From Felis catus (Eukaryota), in the NCBI RefSeq assembly GCF_018350175.1, contig NC_058368.1:236160001-236224000 (forward strand): a stretch of DNA of 64,000 nucleotides, read 5' to 3'. The notes under the pieces are model-generated. The model did no database searches, was not told where the DNA came from, and was given only the letters and a program-made list of their open reading frames with translations. Both the position numbers and the translations under genes were made by a program. The stretch's first letter is position 1, and each line of letters opens with the position of its first letter. This document shows, piece by piece, positions 1 through 10,320 of the stretch.

Positions 1-2029
1 TACGTGTATGATAAAAACAGCCTTTTAGCTTCCAGTATTTTTCCAGCGATACTTATGAAATAACAACAACAATAAAAACTTGGAGAAAATTATAGTATGC
101 TGGACTGGTTCTGCTTTGTATGCGACACCTCTCAGATAGAGGGATAGATTTATTTGCATCACGAACCCCCCACCTGTCTTAAAATTCGAGATAAATATCA
201 CGAGAGGATCGTGGATCTACGTGACCCACAGGGCGTGCAGTTCTCTGACATCAAGTTGATTTTTCTAAACCCACAGCGTGATATTCTAGCACTTAATTTC
301 AGAATGCAGCTTAAATCACAGAAGCCATAATATGTCAAATGATCCCGCACTCGCACGGGGAAAACAGTAAGTAATGAAAAAGCTATGATTGCTTTTCTGT
401 CCCTCCAAATGACAGTTATCACCTCAGTGGCCTGCTCCGGGCGGACCGGTCTAAACCTGACACACTAAAGGGATAACGTCATCTAACAGGGTAGTTACAA
501 AAATCAATACAAAACCCATTTCAGAGATACTCTGTGTAAGAATCCTGGTGTAATGTTCATTTATTGAATAGGCCTGGGGAAAAAAACACAACAACTTTTT
601 CTGATATATATGCCTTACCTCTCAAGCAAAGGAATTCTGTAGGTAAGCAATAATTGTATTTTTCAATCTATTACTTAGACTTGCCATGGCTCAGGCTGAA
701 ATCTAATATATGGGTGACGGCTATGACTCAATTATGGGGCCTCCACCGAGTCCTAGGGTATTCAGAGAGTAAGGGAGCAGAACAGGACAGCTCTCTGTGC
801 TTCTCTGGATGAATGAGTGAGTGGGAGTGGGTGCGTTTGAGCCCTTTTCATTAGAAGCTCATCTCGTCGCCTTTTTGACCGCTAAGGGACTAGAATATTT
901 AAATCGTTATATTTAACCAGATCGTGCCGTTTCCTTGGGTTCCTTGCCCCGGCTCGCTTCTCCCATGCTAAGTCCACGATGAGAAAGGAATGCGTTTCTT
1001 TTTAATGAACAGATGGTCAATGACTCCAGGAGGCACTGGCTTGTGGGGAGTGTCCTCTTAAATGTTGGAGGCTGACAGCCAGCTGGTACCACGGTGTTCT
1101 CCCACACGCTCCTCTGAGGCCAACAACCACGACAGAGCCCTGGGACTGGCAAACCTTGGGTTCAGCCAGAGGGGTGGTTATTATTAAAAAATAATCATAA
1201 TAAAAACGCTAAAGAAGGCAGTAGCGAGGTCGCCCAGCACAGCAATGTGCGAGGAAACATTCCAACAGCTGGTAAAAAGATTTTAGCTCAAATTAGTGCT
1301 ACTCCTGGGAAATGCTTAATGAAACCCGTTAAATCAACCTACACACCAGAAGTCCAATCATCTTAACCTTCACACTTGATGACCATCACACTGTTTCATT
1401 ACCTGGACACTCTGATTCTAAATGAAGAGCCGTCATGACATTCTTCAAAGCACAGAATATTAATGCCAGCATTGTACGGGCAGAGCAATTCATTTTCAGA
1501 TTCTTAATGCTAATTTCATAGGGCTAATATTCACTTGACAATACTGCTTATTAAACCTAGTAATCTCTTGGATTTTAATTATTCTCTACCCCTCCATAAT
1601 TTTCCGAACAAGTATTTAGGAAATGACCGAGTAAGTCTTATTGGTACAGCTCATGCTTGCCTGTTCAACAAGTTCTAAAATTCGGGAGATATTTTGGCTG
1701 CCGTCCAAACACTCACATGCTCACTTGGACCAGGGGTCACACTCAAACGTCTCATGTTACCCTAATCAATCATAATCAGGGTATGTGTGTGAAGTCTGCA
1801 CACGAACAATACGCAGCTTCAAATATTTGGGTTTGCACTGAATGCCATAAGGCGAAAGCCTAATCTTAGTCTGGTGTAGAAGCCAATTTTGTATTATTAC
1901 CTAATTTGAAGTATTAAGAAAATTAGCTTTTAAGCTTCAGAGGGTTTTCCGCATTTGCTGGGGGTTGAGTTCTGATACCATTATTCTTTTAGCGTCTATA
2001 CTTGAGGGTACAAGTGCACAGATTCTGTC

Positions 2030-2210
2030 CCTGGATTACTCATGACTTCCACAGGCACTGGGCGTCTTGGGCAAGGCACCTGGTCCTCTGAGCTTCAGGT
2101 TTCTGTTGTTGTTGTTCCCTTTTGTAAAGTGGGAGTCGAAACAGCATTGAACTCACAGAGCTGGCATGGGTCGTGAATGAGTCAGCGTATGTAACGGGTT
2201 AAGATCGGTA
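2030..2210 (+). mobile_element. MIR remnant, interrupted by an L1 insertion
   Basis: Degenerate MIR core: cttgggcaag...ctctgagcttcaggtttct...tgtaaagtggg...aatgagtcagcgtatgtaa. Confidence 0.6.
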
Positions 2211-2840
2211 TCACTAGTAGTTTCCTGCTTCAAGTATTTCACTTAGGTCTTTAATCCATTTTCGGCTGATTTTCTGTATATGGTGTCAGGGAACGTTCCG
2301 ATCGCATTCTTAGGCATGTGCATGTCCGGATTTCCCAACACCAGTTATGAAACAGACTATCCTTCCCCCATTGTTTGTTCTTGGCACCCTTGGGGGAGAT
2401 CAGTTGACTCTAAATTAATGGATTTGTTTCTGGGCTCTATTCTGTTCCATTTTTCTGTATGTCTGCTTTTATGTTACTACCATGCAACATTACCTTATGA
2501 AATCAGGAAATGTGATGCCTTTAGCTTTGTTCTTTTCACTCAAGACTGCTTAGCTATTCGGGGACTTTTGTGGCTCCATATGAATCTTCGGATTTTTTTT
2601 TAAATTTCTTTAGAAAAATGCTACTGGACTTTTGAGAGGGATTGCAGTTAATCTATAGATTATTTGGGGAGTAGTATGGACATTTAAGCAATATTATATC
2701 TTCTATTTCATGAGCACTGGATGTGTTTCCATTTACCTATGTGTCTTTTAAGTTTTCTTAACATTTTATAATTTTTAGTGTACAAGTCTTTGAGTTCTAT
2801 GGTTAAGTTTCTTTCTAATTATTTTATTCTTTTTGTTGCT
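2211..2840 (-). mobile_element. L1 (L1MA-like) ORF2 remnant, inverted 5' part of a twin-primed insertion
   Basis: Antisense L1 ORF2 motifs: taggtctttaatccatttt, tctgggctctattctgttccatt, gctattcggggacttttgtggctccatatgaat. Confidence 0.85.
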
Positions 2841-2894
2841 ATCTGAATAAAATTAAGAAAAATGTTAAAGCTTCTGCATAGCCAAGTATATATG

Positions 2895-2929
<35 letters not shown>

Positions 2930-4245
2930 AATAAGACATTAGTATCCAAAATACATAAGGAACTCAGCAATTCAATAGCAAAAACATCAAAACAAATAAC
3001 CTGATTAAAAACTGTGCCAAGAACTCTAATAGGCATTTCTCAAAGAAAGATATACAAATGACCAACATGTGGGGCGCCTGAGTGGCTCAGTCGGTTAAGT
3101 ATCTGACTCTTGATTTCAGCTTAGATATGATCTCATGGTTTGTGACTTAGAGCCCCGTGTTAGACACTGCACTGACGGTGCGGACCCTGCTTGGCACTCC
3201 CTCTCTCTCCCCTTTTCCTCTTCTCTATCTCTCTCTCAAAATAAATACATAAACTTAGAAAATGGCCAACAGATATAGGAGAAGATGTACAACATCACTC
3301 ATCTTTAGAGAAATACAAACCAAAACCATGATGTGGTATCACCTCACCCCTGTTACATTGGTCATTACCAAAAGGACAAAAGATAACAAGTGTTGGTAAG
3401 GATGTGGAGAAGAAGCAACCCTTGTGCACCATTGGGGGGAATGTAACCTAGAGCAGCCATGATGGAAAACAGTGTGGGGATTCCTCAAAAATTAAAAAAA
3501 AAAAGAAATAGATCCACCACATGATACAACAATGCCACCTCCGGGTCTGTATCTAAAGGAAATGAAATCAGCATCTTAAAGAGATCTCTCCACTTCCATG
3601 TTCATGGCAATATTATTTACAATAGCCAAAATGTGGAAATAGCCTCAGCGTCCAGGCATGGATAAATAAATAATGAAAATGTGGTAAATAATGGAATATG
3701 GTTCAGTCTTAAAAAAAGGAAATTATGCTATTTGCGACAACACAAATAAATCTATAGGGCATTGTGCTGAGTGGATTAATCCAGACACAGAAAGTCAACT
3801 ACTGCATGACCCCACCAATATGTAGAAGCTGAAATAGTTGAACTCGTGGAACCAGCAAGGAGAAAGGTGTTTGCCCAGGTGGAGAGTGGGAGGAAAGCTG
3901 GGGAAATTAGGGAGATGTTAGTCACAGGGTACAAAGTTTCAGTTGTAAGATGAGTAAGTTCTGGGAACCTAACGTATAGTGTGGTGACTACAGTTAATAA
4001 TAATGTATTGTGTATTTGAAATCGGCCGAGACAGTAGTTCATGAGTACTCTTACCACATAGACACACACAAAAGGTATCTGTGTGAGATACCATATGTAT
4101 TAATCAGCTGGATCGTGGTGATCATTTCATAATGTATATCAAAATATCCTGTTGTACACCTTCGGTGTACCTATACTCATATGCATTATTTTCTTTGGGT
4201 TATATGTCAATAAAGCAATCATTAAATAAAATTAAAAAAAAAAAA
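2841..4245 (+). mobile_element. L1 (L1MA9-like) ORF2 3' end, 3'UTR and poly(A)
   Basis: Sense motifs agcttctgcatagc, tatcacctcacccctgtta, ggatgtggagaagaagcaacccttgtgcac, gtacaaagtttcagtt; A-tail near 4225-4245; interrupted by a (TA)n(TG)n tract and a SINE. Confidence 0.9.
3071..3258 (+). mobile_element. CanSINE nested in L1
   Basis: ggggcgcctgagtggctcagtcggttaag head, CT tract, A tail; degenerate TSD aaatgaccaacatgt / aaatggccaacagat. Confidence 0.95.
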
Positions 4246-4720
4246 TCATTACCTCCAACAGCATAGGCATGGATTGCTATCTCCGAGAAGGCATGATCTA
4301 TTTTTACCTTAAAATTCCAGTTGCCTCAACTTCATCCTATGGATCCCTCTCTTGGTATCTGTGAGGGACTGAGGGGCTGGGTCCCTAACATTCAAGGCTC
4401 CATCAAGGGGACACGTTTGGCAAGTCGTAGGGTGGGTGACAGGAAAAGCGGGGTGGGCGTCTTGCTCAGGGACCACACTGGCTCTTCCCACAGGCTGCCT
4501 CAGCCACCGCTGTAGCTCGTGGCGCAATTACCCATGCCCTCCATTTTGCTTGCTTTGGCCTCCAGGGGACGGGTAACAAAACCTTTACAAACTTGCCACA
4601 GAGCAACTGTACCTGCATGCCTAGGCTCTTGCTCTGTTAATACCGTCATAATGACAATTGAGTCTACACTACGTGAGTGAAGAACTTTTTCCGAGTGTGA
4701 TGAAGCAAATCAGAGAGAAT

Positions 4721-4975
4721 GGTTGGGTCAAGATCTCTAAAAAGGAGAATGTGACATAACCTTCTTATATTTACAATCTTCTAATTGCTCGTCTATTTTA
4801 CCTTTAAAGCTACACGAAATAGGCTCTGGGGTCATTTGGTTTTACAATACGGAATTATCTTTGGAAATGAAAGTCTGCAAAAGCCGTCCGGGTTGCTTTT
4901 CCAAGCTCACCACATCATACGCGTTGAGTAATCAAACCAAATGAACATTTTATGACACGTTGCAAACCCTTCTGT
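4721..4975 (+). repeat. Left arm of a 255-bp inverted duplication
   Basis: Reverse complement of 6302-6556 with 9 substitutions and no indels (aligned by hand). Confidence 0.97.
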
Positions 4976-5183
4976 ATTAGAAGCATGTGGATAACGTATG
5001 ACAATGTTGTCAATTTATTTGAAAACCCAAATGGCATTGTCTCTGGAGTATAGTCATAACTGTGAAAAAAAAGACATGTACTACCTTACTACAATTAATT
5101 TACGCGGTTATTGTTACTGCCTTCTAATAGGGAAAAAGGGAGAATCTAAATCTCCTGGAAGAAGATAAAGGAAAGCAAATTCC

Positions 5184-5409
5184 GGGTCACCTGGGTGGCT
5201 CAGTGGGTTAAGTGCCCAACTCTTTGTTTCGGTCCAGGTCATGATCTCACACTTCATGGGTTCAAGCCCTGAGTAAGACTCTTTGCTGACAGCTCAGAGC
5301 CTCCCTGGGATTCTCTCTCTCCCTCTCTCTGCCCCTCCCTGGCCTGCTCTCTCTCTCTGTCTCTCTCTCTTCCTCTCAAAAAATAAGTAAGTAAACATAA
5401 AAAAAAAAG
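5184..5409 (+). mobile_element. CanSINE within the inverted-repeat spacer
   Basis: gggtcacctgggtggctcagtgggttaag head, CT tract, A tail; TSD-like aaaggaaagcaaattcc / aaagaaaaacaaatcc. Confidence 0.95.
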
Positions 5410-6301
5410 AAAAACAAATCCTTTCTAAGGTAATATATTCACATCAAAGAACTTAAGTAAGGAATCCGCTCAGTTTTCAGGTTAGCTGTTAAAACAGCCA
5501 GTTCACCCATTAGTGTCATTGACGATTAGATCAGCTTCTTAGCGGCCCGGCATATCTTGCCACAGGGTTTGGTTCTGTGAGAACACAGTGGACAAAGACA
5601 AAGATCATCTTCCAAATAATGGTTTATACTATTACTTACCTAACAATTCAAGTGTGACATGTTTTGGTTTGACACTATTTAAAGAGATAAATACTCACAC
5701 CATAGCTACAGTAAAGGATGCTTACGGGACACGTGCAACAAAGCGTAATGTTTAAAATACATCTGTCCTAGCAGTATTCTTAGGGTGAGGTCCTCGACAG
5801 CCGTGTGAGCTCATAACATTCAGGTACTTATTGTCCAGGTGCTTCTGTGAGGCTGAGTCCCTCCTGCCCACTGCCTTCATACCTGGAGCGAATTCTGTTT
5901 TTCCTAGGTTAAGCACGATTGTTTTACACACCACGTAGTTACTGGCTTTGAAGCAAGGGAGATTAGGTCTATTTCAAAGGCCCCAGCTCTGTTAGCTAAG
6001 ATACTCCCCACAGGCACTCAGCCAATTGCTGTGTCCGCAGAGCATAAGAGTCACTTGACAATACTTGAGCTTTGGAGAATTCTCAGCAGGATGCTGCCAA
6101 GACCCCTGCCTGTATGAGCCCTTAGCTAAGTAGGGCTGCCATTTTAACCACCCTGTCCCACCTCCGACCCCGGGAGATTGCACGAAAATGAGGAAAATGC
6201 ACTCTTAATCCCAACTTGATGCTAACTGAGAGCATTATGGGTAAAAAAGAACTTGAACAAGAATGCCTTCTGGCTCAGGGCACACACCCAGTGTGTGCAA
6301 A

Positions 6302-6556
6302 ACAGAAGGGTTTGCAACGTGTCATAAAACGTTCATTTGGTTTGATTACTCAACGCGTATGGTGTGGTGAACTTGGAAAGGCAACCCAGACGGCTTTTGT
6401 AGACTTTCATTTCCAAAGATAATTCTGTATTGTAAAACCAAATGACCCCAGAACCTATTTCGTGTAGCTTTAAAGGTAAAATAGACGAGCAATTTGAAGA
6501 TTGTAAATATAAGAAGGTTATGTCACATTCTCCTTTTTAGAGATCTTGACCCAACC
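6302..6556 (-). repeat. Right arm of the 255-bp inverted duplication
   Basis: Reverse complement of 4721-4975, 246/255 identical. Confidence 0.97.
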
Positions 6557-6759
6557 CAAAAGGCTGTTGTCTTAAAGACTCGGCCTGTCTTTCTCTAGCT
6601 CAGAATGGTCAACAAAGAGAAAGGCTTTTCTTCCTTAATATGTACACGACCCCCCTGTTCCAAGGTCTTTATTCTGGAACTTACATGATCAAGGAAGAGG
6701 CAAAACACTTGTTGAGCACTCCATTTCTTGCTGTGAACAGTGTGTTATACTTAGAAGTT

Positions 6760-6990
6760 CAAACCCCAACTGGGATCCTCTCCTAACAGCTCACTCTGGT
6801 TTCATTCCACCGTTGGATAACGCGGGCTTTGGGGGAAATGGTGCCTGGTGTCTCCTCCCCTCAGGAAATGGTACCACCGACCACTCAACTGCCCAAGGTG
6901 GTAGTTTGGGGATCATCTCTCATTGTACTCTTGACGTCCTCTTCCTCTCCTCCATCATCGCATCCCGTTAGCCCACGGACACAGTATGTG
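6760..6990 (+). mobile_element. Probable L2 remnant
   Basis: aaatggtaccaccgaccactcaactgcccaag...cttgacgtcctcttcctctc resembles L2. Confidence 0.45.
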
Positions 6991-7502
6991 ACTGACTACG
7001 TATTTATCCAATGAAACAGTTGGTTCCAGGGACCTTCGATAGTGAAACTAGATCAAAAGATTAAAGTTTAAGACCAAGCCCTTTCCCTAAAGGAAGATGA
7101 GAACTCGGGATTTGAAGATTTGAAGGAAGAGGTCATGGTCAAGAAAAATCAGGACTGGAAACCGGGTGACTTGTCACACTTGGAACATAGAAATAGTTAT
7201 GTCTGTAGGCAGTTTTACATTCCAGAAACCTATTAAGCAGACTGTAGCAATTCCCGCCAGTTACACTCAGGACTTTCGTAAATTCTCATCTCTCATAATC
7301 CCTTATAGGTGGTGCTGTGAGGAATTAAGGGAGATTCTCGGAGAAAAGGCGTCCTTCCAGATTCCCTCTTCTCCTTGTCATGAGGAGGCAGAAATCGAGA
7401 GTTCCTGGTATGGACAAACGGTTACAAGGGTCAGGGAGTGCACATTTTGTGCAGAATGGCCAAATGCATGGTTCAGGAGCGGAGCTGAGATAGAGCCTGC
7501 AA

Positions 7503-7560
7503 ACACACGCACACGCACACACACACTCGCACACACGCACACACGCACATATGCATGCGC
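7503..7560. repeat. Imperfect (CA)n/(CACG)n microsatellite
   Basis: Directly visible. Confidence 0.9.
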
Positions 7561-8590
7561 AAAGAGTCAGAGAATGCATGCCCTGTGCAGCGTGGCCCGG
7601 GGATTTGGTATTACCAATGTTTTAGGAGCAATCAGTCAGTACTTGTATTTGACAGCTGTCAGTAAAATCTAGCATGTGTTAAGCGGCTGAAGGATAGACT
7701 TTTTTACTCTTGGCGAAGATAAGATCACTTCTTCCTGCCGCCCTTGAATTTTCAATTATCATGCCCCTTCCTTCTAGTCAACAAGAGAAAGGACCTGGAA
7801 AGGGAGACACTTCTGGCACGAGAGCAACTTCACCAAAACACCTTCTGGAGCAGTGTTGTTGATGACTGATTGTTCTTGTAACTTTCTGTAATTTTAACCT
7901 TGATCATTTGGGTTTTCACACTTCTGATCCTTGGAAATCGTTCATAAATATTCATTAATTGTTCATATAGATGGGCGGTGGACTTTGGGTCTTACCATCT
8001 GAGCATGGGGTCTGATCCCCCCCCCCGGATGACAGGTGGTTGGCACCGGAGAGGGCTGTGCCCCGTGGAGTCACCAGGGTTGTGTGGGGTGATCAGAACC
8101 CACGTGGAGCACAGTGGCACCCTCCACGGTGAGGGCTGTGTGTATCCCAGTCGAACCCGGCCACATGCACCCACCACGTTCCTCCTTCACAAAATTAGGG
8201 CGCGCTCCAGTAATCACATTGAAAGCATTTTGATTTTCTCTGTTATTTATTTCCCTGAGAGTAAGTCTCAGATTGTCACTTAGTATTATTTCATTGTGAC
8301 TTATAGTGAGTCAAGGTAACAAAATGAAAGGTCTCTAGAATACTATTTGTTAGAGGTTTTATTTATTTGTGAAGTTTGAATCAATGATTCTATTTGTTAC
8401 TCTGAAGAGAAAATAAGTAACCTTCTGTGGTCTCTAAAACCAAAGATTACAAGAAGATATGCCATTCTCACAGGTTTATGTTTTTTTTTTTTTTTTTCAG
8501 AAAAGATAGTTAAGTAGAGGGAGTTGATTTCCATTCACAAGGAGACACCCATATTGGAAAACGCATGCATGTATTTAAAATTTTGTTTTT

Positions 8591-8811
8591 GGGCGCCTGG
8601 GTGGGTCAGTCGGTTAGACGTCCGACTTCAGCTCAGGTCACGATCTCGCGGTCTGTGAGTTCGAGCCCCGCATCGGGCTCTGTGCTGACAGCTCGGAGCC
8701 TGGAGCCTGCTTCGGATTCTGTGTCTCCGTCTCTCTCTGACCCTCCTCTGCTCATGCTCTGTCTCTCTCTGTCTCAAAAATGAATAAAAACATTAAAAAA
8801 TTTAAAAAAAA
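8591..8811 (+). mobile_element. CanSINE (SINEC_Fc-like)
   Basis: Full head, CpG-retaining body, CT tract, A tail; TSD-like aaaattttgttttt / aaaaaattgttttt. Confidence 0.97.
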
Positions 8812-9139
8812 TTGTTTTTGCTTGAGAATTGATATTGTGTGTGTGTGTGTGAAGTAAAATAACTTCGCAATTATGAATTTATAGAGCAGACTTGTTATCC
8901 ACGTCAGAATCACACAACGATAGACTTTTCAGGACATCATTGGGTTTGGAACCAAGTGATTCGACCTGTATCTCAATCCATGGAACAAGGATCCAAACAC
9001 TGACATCTGCTAGAGGAGAGACCTATCGTGGAAAAGATTCGTTGTATTTTCTAAATAGGAAGTGGTATATGCAAAAATGTGAATAAAACAGACGATGAAA
9101 ACATGACTCACTTTGATTCTTGTGGTAATATTCCAAAAA

Positions 9140-9149
9140 ACACACACAT

Positions 9150-9181
<32 letters not shown>
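9140..9181. repeat. (CA)n microsatellite
   Basis: Directly visible. Confidence 0.95.
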
Positions 9182-9186
<5 letters not shown>

Positions 9187-9889
9187 AAAAGAGACCAATA
9201 CAGGGCCAAAAATGTCATTTGTTAGCGTAAGAGTTTGTTAAGACAACGAGATCTCCGTATTCTACCCGGATCCCTCTGGGAGTCCTCAGTCCACAGAATG
9301 ATCCTAATTGAATTTTCCCTGCCTAAATGGAGTTGCCCTGATGTGAACTCGCTTTGAACATGATGACAGGATAGGACGTCTCAGAGCATCCGTTCCCTGA
9401 GACCTGGGGCCCTCCTTCTATTACCTCCATTATCTAAACAAATAACCTTGGACAAATCAATTTACATTAATCCAACCTTGTGGTATACAACTCCCTACTC
9501 TCCTTCAAAATGTCTCAATCAAGATTCAAATGAATTTGCTTCAATATTTAACTACGAAAGAACTTAATCTCCTTACTTAAAACTCAAGTCCATTGAACAT
9601 TATCTTCTTTTCAAATTAAAAAAAAAAAAGAGTTAGAAACCTAAATGGAAAAGAATAGAGATCATATGGAATTATAGCTTCTTTATATTATGAACAATAG
9701 AACTCAGAACGTCCTCAAGACTTGAAAAAAATAAACCAAAGGAGTAGGATTAGAGTTTAAATTTGTCAGTAGCTCTTTGGTTGACAGGAAGCTTTCTTGC
9801 ACTTCTGGATGCTCCAAGCCAAGAGGACTGAGCATTTGCAATGGTTCATGAGGATTTCTGGACATGAGGTAGATTAGATTGTTCAGAAA

Positions 9890-10320
9890 CAGTCACTCTT
9901 TCTCCCCCTTCCGACCGTCACTCTCCGTGTATATTGGGCTTTGCCATGTGCGTTCGTGTCGGTTTAAACCAAAGGACTGATATGGTGGACAGAGGATACT
10001 TCTTTCTCCATGATTTGGTGCCCAGCCAAGGAACTTGCTTGGGTTAATTGGAGGTTATGAAAAGTCATGCAAGAAAATGCCATTGCGATAAGAAGAGTGT
10101 CCTTGGATATTTATCACCCTTTCAGCCTGTGGCCAGGATGGACCTATTGGACCAGACTTCAGTCAAACGTACGGGGACATGCCAGGCCCTACTGGCCCAC
10201 GGAAGATCCAGCGAGTGGAGTTCGACGAGAACCCATGATGCACAAACAATCATTATTGTTTAGGCCAACGAGTTTGGGGGAGGGCAGGGTGGTTACAGAG
10301 AAACAGCACTTGGAACAGCA
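9890..10320 (+). mobile_element. Old MLT1-type (MaLR) solo LTR remnant
   Basis: ttgggctttgccatgtg near the 5' end; ttattgtttaggccaacgagtttgggg...ggttacagag resembles the MLT1 3' terminus. Confidence 0.55.

Noticed and set aside
4721..6556. Autonomous DNA transposon interpretation of the inverted repeat
   Set aside because: No TSD, no transposase-like ORF in the spacer and no recognisable TIR terminal motif.
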